From positions 1,719-65,718 of the forward strand of contig WRLR01000006.1 in assembly GCA_009777515.1 (NCBI GenBank): DNA of 64,000 bases, in the 5' to 3' direction. This document shows positions 36,511-46,256 of the stretch, one piece after another (position 1 is the first letter of the stretch; every line of letters begins with the position of its first letter). A program made the translations under genes and the position numbers. The stretch is from Oscillospiraceae bacterium (GTDB lineage: Bacteria; Bacillota; Clostridia; WRLR01). Under the pieces are notes generated by a model. That model searched no databases, was not told the origin of the DNA, and saw only the letters and a program-made list of their open reading frames with translations.

Positions 36511-38242
36511 CGCAAAACCTGACCCTTTCCCGATTAGCTAAAAAATCTGTTTTTCTGTCAATCATTTCATCGTTACGGCTTATATATTCCAACAGATTTT
36601 TTACATTAAACACCCTTTCGATGCTCCCCGTTTCGTGGTTCACGAATTTCGATACCGCGCCCGCGCCCGCCGCGAACACGTCGACGCTGTCGGCCATTTC
36701 GTGTACATTGTAAGCGCATTCATGGCCCCTCGCCGCGAACCCTGTGTTGGCCAGGTTGCCAATGGTGTTTTTTTGCCGGTAAAGATAGTAGGGCTGCATT
36801 CCCAACAGCGTGGCCCGGCTCAGGGCGGCGTCCTGCATGGCGGCGGTCTCCCCCGCGTCCGGGCAAGTGTAGCGCCACCCAAACTCGTGTATGCGCGACG
36901 AGCGCTTCACGCAAAGGGTGTGGGCGGTGAAACTTTCGGGCCGCATCTCCGAAATGGCGTCGAGGGTATGCGCGAAATCGCGCAGCCCCTCGCCCGGCAG
37001 CCCGGCGATAATGTCCATATTTATATCGTCAAAGCCCGCCCTCCGCGCGAGCCAAAAAGCTTCGACCACATCATTTGGGGAATGCCCCCTCCCAATCAAA
37101 GCGAGCGTGCTCCCGTTCATGGACTGCGGGTTGATGCACAGCCGCAGCCTTCCGGCGCCCCGCGCGCCTTCGCGGATCGCGTCTAGCTTGTCGGCGTCGA
37201 TTGTGTCCGCCCTACCGGCCTCAACCGTGATCTCGTCGGGGCGGTTATGCGAAAACAGCTCGGCGATTCCGTTCAACAGCCACGATAGCTCGCGCCGCCC
37301 GAGCGCCGTCGGCGTGCCGCCGCCGACATACACCGCCCGGGGCCGGATCCCGGCGCCGTCCATGTGGCCCGCTATAAAACGCAGCTCCGCAAACAGTGCG
37401 CGTATATACTGTTCGGCATATTTATCCGCCTTATTGTGCGCGTCCGACGCGAACGAACAATAGGCGCATTTTGACACGCAAAACGGTATGCCGATATACA
37501 GGATGCAGTCTTTTTTTGCATCATAGCTCTGGATTATCGCGTCCTGATTCTCAACGATCCGCAGGCACAAATCCGACGTCTCCGACGGCACGTCGTATGC
37601 CCGCGCCATTTCGGCGGCCGCTTCGCCCTTGGAAAAGCCCGTCCGCATGAGATCCGCATAAAGCTTTATTGGCCTGACGCCGACCAGGGCCCCCCAAGGC
37701 AGGCGCCAACCTCCAAGCCCACCGGCGCCAACGCTGAAACCAGTGCTCATATCCTCTCCGACGCCTGCATCTCCGTCGGTATCTCTGCCAGCGCCCGCAC
37801 CATCTCCGGTGTCATCGCTTTGCGCCGATAGCGCCCGCGCTTTTAGCATGCGGTACAGCGCCATTTTTGCTTCATAGGCGATGCCGCCGCGCCCGGGCCC
37901 CAACGCGCCTTCCCGCTCGCAGAAGCCTGCAGACGCGCCCCCGCCCGCGCCGTAACGCAGCTCCAGAACACATCGGCCCTCCGTAAACGAAGCGGTAATA
38001 ACATCCGCCGCCGCGCTGCCGCCCCGCCCGCCCGTATCGCCAGGCTCGTTCAAATCGACAGGCTCGGGCGCGCGGCGGACCGCACTCGCCCTAGCAGCCA
38101 AACCGCCCCCGCCCGCCCCGCAGGCATTGTGCGGCCCGGGCGCGCGGCGGACCGCGCCACTGTAAAAAAGCTTTACGATATCATATATATGGCTATGGTA
38201 TTTTTCCGGCGATACGCGGAGGAGCACATCATTATCAAACAT
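36500..38242 (-). CDS. hemZ: HemZ-like oxygen-independent coproporphyrinogen-III oxidase family radical SAM protein
   Basis: Radical SAM motif (YIGIPFCVSKCAYCSF), HemN-like core, and a long N-terminal extension typical of HemZ, here expanded by G/A-rich insertions. Confidence 0.75.
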   Translation of the reverse strand: MFDNDVLLRVSPEKYHSHIYDIVKLFYSGAVRRAPGPHNACGAGGGGLAARASAVRRAPEPVDLNEPGDTGGRGGSAAADVITASFTEGRCVLELRYGAGGGASAGFCEREGALGPGRGGIAYEAKMALYRMLKARALSAQSDDTGDGAGAGRDTDGDAGVGEDMSTGFSVGAGGLGGWRLPWGALVGVRPIKLYADLMRTGFSKGEAAAEMARAYDVPSETSDLCLRIVENQDAIIQSYDAKKDCILYIGIPFCVSKCAYCSFASDAHNKADKYAEQYIRALFAELRFIAGHMDGAGIRPRAVYVGGGTPTALGRRELSWLLNGIAELFSHNRPDEITVEAGRADTIDADKLDAIREGARGAGRLRLCINPQSMNGSTLALIGRGHSPNDVVEAFWLARRAGFDDINMDIIAGLPGEGLRDFAHTLDAISEMRPESFTAHTLCVKRSSRIHEFGWRYTCPDAGETAAMQDAALSRATLLGMQPYYLYRQKNTIGNLANTGFAARGHECAYNVHEMADSVDVFAAGAGAVSKFVNHETGSIERVFNVKNLLEYISRNDEMIDRKTDFLANRERVRFCDGG

Positions 38243-38306
38243 AATATGTTATATTTCAGGCTGATATTTTATACGCCAACAAAGCGCAGGGCGCGCTATT
38301 CGCGCG

Positions 38307-38756
38307 TCAAAACGCCTTCTTGGAATCGAGGAGCAGCGTCACGGGCCCGTCGTTTTCAATCGTCACAGCCATATCGGCCTGAAACACCCCCGAAACCACC
38401 GGCAGGCCCGCGAGGGCGCAGCGCTCTGTGAACGCATCATACAGCCCGCGCGCCCGATCGGTGGGCATTGCCGCGTCATATGATGGGCGCATGCCCTTCC
38501 TGCAGTCGCCGTACAACGTGAACTGCGAAACAATCAGCAGCGAGCCGCCCACCTGGCTGACGTTCAAGTTCATTTTGCCGTCGCCGTCCGAAAATACCCG
38601 GAGGCCCAAGATTTTGCCCGCAAGCCATTCGACGTCCCAATCGCCGTCGTCTTTGCCCACGCCGACAAATATGCACAGGCCCTGCCCTATTTCGCCCCTG
38701 AGCTCGCCGTCGGCCACAACGGCGGAGCGCGCCACCCGTTGTACAACCGCCCTCAT
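38307..38756 (-). CDS. dtd: D-aminoacyl-tRNA deacylase
   Basis: MRAVVQRVARSAVV...GQGLCIFVGVGKDD...SQFTLYGD...GRRPSY-type motifs, 149 aa. Confidence 0.95.
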   Translation of the reverse strand: MRAVVQRVARSAVVADGELRGEIGQGLCIFVGVGKDDGDWDVEWLAGKILGLRVFSDGDGKMNLNVSQVGGSLLIVSQFTLYGDCRKGMRPSYDAAMPTDRARGLYDAFTERCALAGLPVVSGVFQADMAVTIENDGPVTLLLDSKKAF

Positions 38757-38774
38757 TTGATACCCCGTGTAATT

Positions 38775-41105
38775 TTAATGAATGCTGCGCGTGACCCTGA
38801 TTACGCTGTCGATGCCGTTGATTTTTCTGATAATTGTGTCCAACTGCGTTTTATCGACAATCTCCAAAATCAGGTCGATCATGGCCAAATTATCGCGCGA
38901 GACCTTGGCGTTTATATTTTTGATCGGTATCATAAGCTCACCGATGGAGCTGGTTATATCGGATATAAGCACCGGCCTGTCGTTCGCGACGATCAATATA
39001 GCCGCCTGGTACGTCTCGATGACCTGGTCGTACCAGGACACCTCTACCAGCCTGTTGTCGTCGTCGACGGAGTTTACGACGTTGACGCAGTCGAACCTGT
39101 GCACGGAAACCCCCCGCGACCTTGTTATATAGCCGACTATCGGATCGCCGGGGACCGGGTTGCAGCAGTGCGACGTCCGCACGAGGCAGTTGGCAACCCC
39201 CCGGACGAGTATTTCGCTGTCCGCCTGCCTTTTTTTGCGGCCCGCAACCTTTTTTAGCTCCTGCACGCCCTGCTGCAGGCTGTTCTGTTTTATAAATTCG
39301 GTAACGGTTTCCGGCGGTGTTTTGCTAACCGCGTTGTATTCCTCCACGAGCCGAAACACCAGCTTTGTGCTGGAAATGCCATTGTATCCGACTGCGGAGT
39401 ACGCGTCGTCGAGGGCGGCAAAATTATAGCGCTTTATCAGGCGATCCACCAAATCGGCCCTCAGGAGCTGGGACGGCAAGTAACCCTGCCTCTTAATTTC
39501 CTTGTCCACCAGCTCCTTGCCCCGGACGATGTTCTCCTCCCGGTTTTCGCGCTTGAACCATTGGCGGATCTTGCTCCTGGCTTGCCCGCTCTTCACGATA
39601 TCGAGCCAGTCGCGGCTGGGCCCGTGCTCGTTGACAGAGGTAATGATTTCCACAATGTCCCCGTTTTGCAGCGTGTAGGAGATGGGCACAATCCGGCCAT
39701 TGACGCGCGCTCCGTTCATGCGGTTGCCTATGGCGCTGTGGACGCGGTATGCAAAATCTATCGGCGTCGAGCCGTTCGCAAGGGCAAAGACGTCCCCTTT
39801 CGGCGAAAATGCAAAAACAGTATCGGAAAACAGGTCGATCTTTAAATCCTCGACAAAATCATCCGAGTCCTGAACGTCGCGCTGCCATTCAATAAGCTGC
39901 CTGAGCCAGGCCAATTTTTGGTCGTCCTCATTGAGGTCAAAGCCGAGATCGAGCGCCCCGTCCCCAGCCCCTTGCCCCGTGGGCGCGGCGCCCTGCGCGG
40001 CCCCCGGCGAGTAACCGGATACAGGCCCCGACCTGTCCCTGGGCGAGCCTGTGGAAGCGCTTTCCTTGTACTTCCAATGCGCGGCTATCCCGAACTCAGC
40101 GACGCGGTGCATGTCCCATGTCCTAATCTGCACCTCGAACGGAGCGCCCGACTCCCCGATCAGCGTCGTATGCAGCGACTGGTACTGGTTCGGCTTGGAA
40201 ATCGCGATATAATCCTTGAAACGACCCGGGACGGGTGTATACTCGTTGTGCGCAGTCCCGAGCGCCGTATAACATTCGCTCACAGTATTGACAATGATAC
40301 GCAGGGCATAGATGTCGTATATTTTATCGAGCGGCTTGTCCTGGTTGCGCATTTTGCGGTAAATGCTGTAGAGGTGCTTCATGCGGTATTCGATATGGGC
40401 GTTTATGTGCAGTTCTTCGAGCCTGCTGCCCAAAAGGTGCGCGACGTCCGATATCGGCGCCTCGCGCTCTACCTGGTTCACGGACAGCAGTTCGGTCAGC
40501 TCGTCATATGCCTCCGGCTCCAGATAGCGCAGGCACAGATCCTCAAGTTCGCTCTGGACGCGGAAAATACCCAGCCTGTTCGCCAGGGGCGCGTATATTT
40601 CGAGGGTCTCCTTGGATTTTATGATCCTGTGCTCGGGCGGCATATCGTAAAGCGTGCGCATGTTGTGGAGGCGGTCGGCCAGCTTTATGAGGATCACCCG
40701 GATGTCCTTCGACATCGCGAGGATCATTTTCCTGATGTTTTCCGACTGTTGCTCCTCTATCGACGTATAGGGGATGTTTTCCAGCTTAGTCACTCCGTCG
40801 ACAATTTGGGCGATCGTGTCCCCAAACATTGCGGACAGATCGTCCAGCGTGACGAACGTGTCTTCGACGACGTCGTGCAGCAGACCGGAAACAATGGAGC
40901 CTATATCGAGCTCGAGCCCTGCCAGAATTAGCGCGACATTAAGGGGGTGCATTATGTACGGTTCGCCGGAGACGCGGTTTTGGCCGCTGTGCGCCTCACA
41001 GGCGCACTCATAGGCGCGATCCAAAAGCTCATAGTCGAAACTTTGGGCGTATTTACCGATTTCCACTTTCAGTTGTTCATATTCGGTATGCAATTCTCGC
41101 ACCAA
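38775..41105 (-). CDS. relA: Bifunctional (p)ppGpp synthetase/hydrolase RelA/SpoT homolog
   Basis: HD domain (HSGQNRVSGEPYIMHPLNVA...HDVVEDT), synthetase domain (YKDYIAISKPNQYQSLHTT), TGS and ACT regions. TTG/GTG start. A low-complexity insertion sits between the synthetase and TGS domains. Confidence 0.95.
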   Translation of the reverse strand: MVRELHTEYEQLKVEIGKYAQSFDYELLDRAYECACEAHSGQNRVSGEPYIMHPLNVALILAGLELDIGSIVSGLLHDVVEDTFVTLDDLSAMFGDTIAQIVDGVTKLENIPYTSIEEQQSENIRKMILAMSKDIRVILIKLADRLHNMRTLYDMPPEHRIIKSKETLEIYAPLANRLGIFRVQSELEDLCLRYLEPEAYDELTELLSVNQVEREAPISDVAHLLGSRLEELHINAHIEYRMKHLYSIYRKMRNQDKPLDKIYDIYALRIIVNTVSECYTALGTAHNEYTPVPGRFKDYIAISKPNQYQSLHTTLIGESGAPFEVQIRTWDMHRVAEFGIAAHWKYKESASTGSPRDRSGPVSGYSPGAAQGAAPTGQGAGDGALDLGFDLNEDDQKLAWLRQLIEWQRDVQDSDDFVEDLKIDLFSDTVFAFSPKGDVFALANGSTPIDFAYRVHSAIGNRMNGARVNGRIVPISYTLQNGDIVEIITSVNEHGPSRDWLDIVKSGQARSKIRQWFKRENREENIVRGKELVDKEIKRQGYLPSQLLRADLVDRLIKRYNFAALDDAYSAVGYNGISSTKLVFRLVEEYNAVSKTPPETVTEFIKQNSLQQGVQELKKVAGRKKRQADSEILVRGVANCLVRTSHCCNPVPGDPIVGYITRSRGVSVHRFDCVNVVNSVDDDNRLVEVSWYDQVIETYQAAILIVANDRPVLISDITSSIGELMIPIKNINAKVSRDNLAMIDLILEIVDKTQLDTIIRKINGIDSVIRVTRSIH

Positions 41106-41460
41106 TGATTATGCAAAACCCCCTCTGATACACGGAAGTATACCATAACCGCTTCAAACTGACAATATTTGAATTTCATTTAGTGGATTATGCGCATATG
41201 TGCCGCTTATATTGGAACGCGCCAGTATGCAGGCATGTCGCTACGCGTTCCGGCATGAAATTTGACACACATAATGTTTGATATTAAAATGGCATCGGCT
41301 ACAGCCAGGAAACACAGTGAACGTCGCACATGTATTTTAAATACCATCAGCGTGAAAAGGCGGGATTAAAATCGAACAAAACAAAAAAAAGCCAGGCGCC
41401 TTTGATGAAAATGAGCCCCAACCTGTTACCGGAGGGCATAATGCACACGAAGGACATTAC

Positions 41461-42420
41461 ATGCATAAAGAGCATGAGGGGCAGGACGGGCAGAATTGGC
41501 AGGACGGGCAGGGCGCGAATGATGGGCATGAGGGGCATGAGGGGCAGGACGGTCAGGGTGTGAATGACGAGCATGTGAGATATGAAGAACATGGCGGGCA
41601 GGGCGCGAATGACGGTCATGTGAGATCTGAAGAGAATTTCGGGCATGCAGAAACGGCGTGCAGCGAAACGCTGCCGCCCACTTTCCCGCCTACCCCGCAT
41701 GGGCGCGTATGGCAGATCGACGCCCTGCGCGGGACCGCCATGATCCTGATGACTGTGTTCCACGCCCTTGTGGACGTGCGCGACTTCTTCGGGTTCGCCG
41801 ACGTCCGGTATTACGAGCCCCCGCTTATGTACATAGGGAGGAGCTCAGCCATCCTTTTTATGTTCGTGTCCGGCATCAGTTGCCGTTTTTCAAAAAGCAA
41901 CATCAAGAGGGGCGCCAGGGTCATACTGTGCGGCATGATAATCACTGCGGCGACGCTTGTTGCCGTCCGCGATCTGTATATTAGATTCGGCATCCTGCAT
42001 TTTTTAGGCGCCGCGATGATCATAATCGGCCTGTTCGAGCGACTGGTGACAAAAGAGCGGTTGCGCCAGTTGGCCATGTGGATCGCTTCCCCCGCTTCGC
42101 TGATTATTGGAAGGATTTTTAGCCAAATGCGCACGACACTGCCGTTTTTATTTGCTTTTGGGTTAATTACCGCAGATTTCGTTTCATACGACTATTACCC
42201 GATCTTTCCATGGATCGGCATTGTGTTCGCAGGCTACGCGGCTGGCCGGTTCGTCGTCGCCAACCGCGCCAAGCTGTCTACCATGCGCGGCAACCGCGCC
42301 ACATCGGCGCTGTGCGCCCTGGGGAGGGTATCGCTCATATACTACATCTTGCACCAACCCGCCCTATTCGCCCTCTTTTTCGCCATTGACTTTTTTCGTC
42401 GCATAGCGCTCAACCTGTAG
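41461..42420 (+). CDS. DUF1624 (heparan-alpha-glucosaminide N-acetyltransferase-like) membrane protein with His/Gly/Gln-rich repeat N-terminus
   Basis: RVWQIDALRGTAMILMTVFHALVDVRDFF is the DUF1624 signature, followed by multiple TM helices. ATG 41461 lies 6 nt after AAGGA. In-frame GTGs at 41561/41576/41618 are alternative starts that would remove the repeat region. Confidence 0.65.
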   Translation: MHKEHEGQDGQNWQDGQGANDGHEGHEGQDGQGVNDEHVRYEEHGGQGANDGHVRSEENFGHAETACSETLPPTFPPTPHGRVWQIDALRGTAMILMTVFHALVDVRDFFGFADVRYYEPPLMYIGRSSAILFMFVSGISCRFSKSNIKRGARVILCGMIITAATLVAVRDLYIRFGILHFLGAAMIIIGLFERLVTKERLRQLAMWIASPASLIIGRIFSQMRTTLPFLFAFGLITADFVSYDYYPIFPWIGIVFAGYAAGRFVVANRAKLSTMRGNRATSALCALGRVSLIYYILHQPALFALFFAIDFFRRIALNL

Positions 42421-43563
42421 GATCACCCCCTGCGCAAGCGCGTCCCTGATGCACCGATCGATCTCGCTACTGATCTCTGCGGATATCTCATTTCGAGGCA
42501 TAACAATCACCAGCCGCCTTACCAATATTTCTTCTGGCAAAATGACGATGCCCGCGCTCCCGTACGGGGCCGGCTGCCCCTGATAGTCCCTTAACTGGCC
42601 AACATATCCATCAATCACCCTGCCAATGCCTACGGGGGTCTGGTATGACGCGGCGGTCGTATCAATGCTGTGGATGGCCGTCGCCACGCCATCGTTGAAC
42701 GAAGCCAGTACATTGAACCCCTTTGGGAGGTTGGCATGGAATATTTCCTGGATGCGGTCGCCCCGCTCGAAGTTGTGTAGCGACCATATATCATCCTCTG
42801 CCCATATGGGCCCCCTGCCAGCCGCATTTTGGCTGGCGCCGAACAGCCATGCCCGTGAGCAGGCCTCCTGCTCTATTGTTATCCGGGAGAAAGGCTTGAT
42901 AGGTATGGGCACATTGAAAGCGTACCTGACATTTATTTTGACGTCCTCTCCACCGTCCGACAGATATGATGATCGTGCATAATCCAGGCCCTGCGCCCCG
43001 CCCTCGATATTTAGCCCCGCCAAGGCCCCAGGCGCGGGCCCGGCTTCGACGCCCAATGCGGGCAATGTGCCATAGTTAAAATACTTACTTGTCACCAGAT
43101 CCGCGTATTGGCAAAATAGCGCCCCACTTATCCGGTCAGTCAATGCAGACGACGCAATCGACAGTTGCTGGAACGCTTCATCACCGGCGCCCAAAGGCAG
43201 CCATTCGACAAACTGCGCCGATTTTATCGCAATGCCCCCGGCACTCTCCGCCCCGAGGCCTGATAGCCCCTGTGCGCCGGGCGGCGCATCCGGCGCGCCA
43301 GAAAGCCCATATAAATAGCTGGCGCCTGCGATCTCGAGCGACGCCTGGCTGATTGCGTGCTGCACGCGTTCGTGAACCTGTACCGCCCTCAGCAAAAAAG
43401 CGATGGCAACCAATATGCAAAAGTATAGCGGGAGGGAAATGGCAGCCTCCAAAGTCAAAGCGCCCTGTTGCCCATGCGCACCATGCGCTATGCGCCATAA
43501 TGTTTTACAGGATTTTCCAATTTTAAGCATGTCGCAGGCTCCAACCATAAATCGTGAACCCAT
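42364..43563 (-). CDS. TadE-like N-terminal pseudopilin-type helix fused to a ~330-aa extracytoplasmic region with an unassigned C-terminal globular domain
   Basis: The N-terminus QQGALTLEAAISLPLYFCILVAIAFLLRAVQ matches the TadE-like pattern (G-x-x-x-x-E + hydrophobic helix). Its ATG shares one nucleotide with the upstream TAA (TAATG). The 3' end overlaps the convergent DUF1624 gene by 57 nt. Confidence 0.6.
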   Translation of the reverse strand: MGSRFMVGACDMLKIGKSCKTLWRIAHGAHGQQGALTLEAAISLPLYFCILVAIAFLLRAVQVHERVQHAISQASLEIAGASYLYGLSGAPDAPPGAQGLSGLGAESAGGIAIKSAQFVEWLPLGAGDEAFQQLSIASSALTDRISGALFCQYADLVTSKYFNYGTLPALGVEAGPAPGALAGLNIEGGAQGLDYARSSYLSDGGEDVKINVRYAFNVPIPIKPFSRITIEQEACSRAWLFGASQNAAGRGPIWAEDDIWSLHNFERGDRIQEIFHANLPKGFNVLASFNDGVATAIHSIDTTAASYQTPVGIGRVIDGYVGQLRDYQGQPAPYGSAGIVILPEEILVRRLVIVMPRNEISAEISSEIDRCIRDALAQGVILQVERYATKKVNGEKEGE

Positions 43564-46256
43564 TAAAACAAGTCGCGCACGGTTACCGCCCGAAGCAAAT
43601 GCCTGTTATCAGCGGTCTTTAAATATGTAGGCATAAATGGCGCAGTCATAAACAGATAGTTGACCGTCGCCGTCAGTTCGCCTTGCACTTCACAATATAG
43701 GTCGCCCACTTTAAGGCCCCGCCCAGCGAATTTTGTGTTGATTTCAACCAAGTCGCATATGCGGACCAGCTTCGTCTGCCTCGCTTCCGTCATCATAAAC
43801 AACCTCAAATAATCTATGTATGACCATTTTTGTTGTTCCTCGGTTTTTGGCTGGCCTTCCGCACCTACGCCTATAATGGTTTCCCAGTCCCCCGCCAGTT
43901 TCATGAACGGCGCCCTTTTGCCATCCAATAAATTTTCGACATCCAAAATCGCCTCTTTCATGCTCCAAGCCATCAGTACAAGCTCAGCCACGACAGGCGC
44001 CAGCGCCTCCGACGCCCATTGCGGCAGCATGGCCGCCGCTGTGTCCCTGGCAAACTGTATCTTGCGCGGGTCCGAATAAACATGGATAAAGTTCATGGCG
44101 TACCTGGCCGTCAAAATCTGGGCCTTGGTCCAAAACATATTGCTCGATTGTTTGTCACAGCCGTGCAGTATGTACTCCGCTTCCGCGTCAAAAAATGCAA
44201 CTTTCGACGGTTTCGCGACGCCCGCCCATCTGTAATCGTCATCAACATAATTGTCAAAAATACTTAAAGCGTATTCGCCGACATATTGCGCGTCGCGAAG
44301 GTTTTCAATACCGACGCCCAGCAGCTCGCCGATGTCTTTAATGACGACCAGCGCGTTCGACGAATATTCATTATTGAAATCAAACGGGTCGTAGCCGATC
44401 GCCCCATTTTCCACAAGGCTAATGTATTGATTTGTCTGCATATCGAAACCTTGGGCGTTTGAGACCGGCAGCACTTCATATTGGGGCTCAATGACAGGGG
44501 GCGCGGGGCTCAGGCCGGAGGCAAACAGCACCTGCGTCCGCTCCCACCACGGCCTTTGGTTGCGTGACGGCAGATCGTGAACGTCGACACCTATGTCCGA
44601 CAGTTTTTTGTCATTACCTACATGGGCAGGGCTGCCCATACCGCCGCCGAGGAGTTCGGTTATGCGGTCGTCTACGAACTCCCTCGGATCGGCAAATCCG
44701 CTCCTCGGGCTGATTTTCATATAATCAAAACCGGCAATATAATTATACGATGAAATATCCGGCGCGAGCCTCTTTCGTATCGACGCCCCGTCGATGCGCC
44801 CCCCGAGTGGCGAGTAGCCCAGCAAGTCGCGCCTTAAGCTTTCCATTTCGTCCAGGGCGCGGGATAAAACATCCATGTTCGCCGCCAGCGCCCCTGATAT
44901 GCCAACCGCGCCAATGGCGTCATCCAGCAGCGCCTTCGCGCGTTCGGCCTCGCCCCGCAAGGGGGCTGCAAAAGCCATTTCCATATCATCTACGTTGTCA
45001 TTAACGCTTTTGTCTACGTTATCTGCGCTATCATTAACGCTTTTGCTTACGTTATCTGCGCTGTCATTAATGCTTTTGCTTACGTTATCTGCGCTGTCAT
45101 AAGCGCTGTTATTTACTTTATCATATGCATTATTAAATGAGACATCATTTACATCGTTATATAAGTTAACATCTATGTTTAGCTTAGCTATGCTGTCATC
45201 TAGCATTTCATATATCAGCATGGCATCATCGACAGCGGCGACGATATTTTCCACACAGACGGCCGCTCCCCTGTTGGATTCATAGAAAGCCCTCGTCTCG
45301 CGTTCAATCAGCTTGTCCAAAGCCTCCTCCAGCTCCCACCTGGCTTCGTTCAACTGATCCCTTTCTTCCCTGTCGGCCTCGGGATCGGGTGTATTTGAAC
45401 GGCTTCGGGCCAACTGTGCGTAATAATTGCTCCGCGACACCTCAACATAATAATCGTAGCGCCCTGCGATATCGGTAGCCAGGGCCTGCCTGGCGGCATT
45501 CCTGTTGAAATTAAGTACATACCTGTCATAAACGCCGGTCGTGCCTGTGTCGCCATATAAATAGTCGCGTAGGTCGGCCTGCTCCCAACCGATTTCGGCG
45601 AGCTTGCGGTTAATCTCTATATTAATCTGCGCGGCGCCCGCCATCTTCGCCGCGCTCGCCGCCAAAAGGGCGAAGTCCCCGGCGCCGGTCGCCAGCGCTG
45701 CCGGCGCCCTGTATTTGACGTATTCCAGGATTTGCCGCTCGATCACCTCCAAATCCGCGAGCGGCTTCGCCGTATGCAGGTCTGCCCGCTCTATGCCATA
45801 ATCGTACAGGCGCGCAGGCCGATCCCCCGCGCTGCCAAAAGGCTCATTTCCTGCCAAGCCCCGTTCTAGGCCGGACGGCAGGTTTTTTTCGATATATTCA
45901 TTAAGGACAGAGGCGTCGGGTGTTGGCATATGGATAGCGAACAAACCATATTCGCCATATAAATTGGATTCATACCCGGCAAGCACGGACACGGCGGCGA
46001 TGTCCAGCGCCCTGGCCGCCTGGTTCTGCGCCGCGCCAAGCCGCGCTATGTCCACCAGCAGGCAAGTAAGCGCGACGACAGCAAACATGACAATCGCAAA
46101 GAATATCGACAGCCCGCCCCTGTCACACATGCGGAATCTCGAAATATTGGGAAGCCAGCCCCAGTCCCCTTTTCGGAACCTCGCACTATTGGGCAGCCCG
46201 CCCCTTTCTCCCTTGCGTAATTTTGCGAAATTAACATGAGAGTTGCTATTTATCAA
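43563..46256 (-). CDS. TadG/Tad_N-like large membrane-anchored protein (possibly the DUF5702-type family seen in Clostridial Tad-like loci)
   Basis: DRGGLSIFFAIVMFAVVALTCLLVDIARLGAAQNQAARALDIAAVSVLAGY resembles the Flp pilus-assembly TadE/G-like N-terminal (Tad_N) pattern. The protein is up to 897 aa. TTG 46256 overlaps the upstream stop (TTGA), and ATG 46130 is an alternative start. It contains 42-bp and 33-bp in-frame tandem repeats. Confidence 0.6.
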   Translation of the reverse strand: MINSNSHVNFAKLRKGERGGLPNSARFRKGDWGWLPNISRFRMCDRGGLSIFFAIVMFAVVALTCLLVDIARLGAAQNQAARALDIAAVSVLAGYESNLYGEYGLFAIHMPTPDASVLNEYIEKNLPSGLERGLAGNEPFGSAGDRPARLYDYGIERADLHTAKPLADLEVIERQILEYVKYRAPAALATGAGDFALLAASAAKMAGAAQINIEINRKLAEIGWEQADLRDYLYGDTGTTGVYDRYVLNFNRNAARQALATDIAGRYDYYVEVSRSNYYAQLARSRSNTPDPEADREERDQLNEARWELEEALDKLIERETRAFYESNRGAAVCVENIVAAVDDAMLIYEMLDDSIAKLNIDVNLYNDVNDVSFNNAYDKVNNSAYDSADNVSKSINDSADNVSKSVNDSADNVDKSVNDNVDDMEMAFAAPLRGEAERAKALLDDAIGAVGISGALAANMDVLSRALDEMESLRRDLLGYSPLGGRIDGASIRKRLAPDISSYNYIAGFDYMKISPRSGFADPREFVDDRITELLGGGMGSPAHVGNDKKLSDIGVDVHDLPSRNQRPWWERTQVLFASGLSPAPPVIEPQYEVLPVSNAQGFDMQTNQYISLVENGAIGYDPFDFNNEYSSNALVVIKDIGELLGVGIENLRDAQYVGEYALSIFDNYVDDDYRWAGVAKPSKVAFFDAEAEYILHGCDKQSSNMFWTKAQILTARYAMNFIHVYSDPRKIQFARDTAAAMLPQWASEALAPVVAELVLMAWSMKEAILDVENLLDGKRAPFMKLAGDWETIIGVGAEGQPKTEEQQKWSYIDYLRLFMMTEARQTKLVRICDLVEINTKFAGRGLKVGDLYCEVQGELTATVNYLFMTAPFMPTYLKTADNRHLLRAVTVRDLF

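Noticed and set aside
41330-41563. A 77-aa ORF (or its 40-aa version from ATG 41441 with a GGAGGG SD) encoding an Arg/Gly/Met-rich peptide across the DUF1624 repeat region.
   Set aside because: The composition is a by-product of reading the GGCAGG/ATGAGG repeats in another frame. It is kept only as a caveat on the DUF1624 start site.
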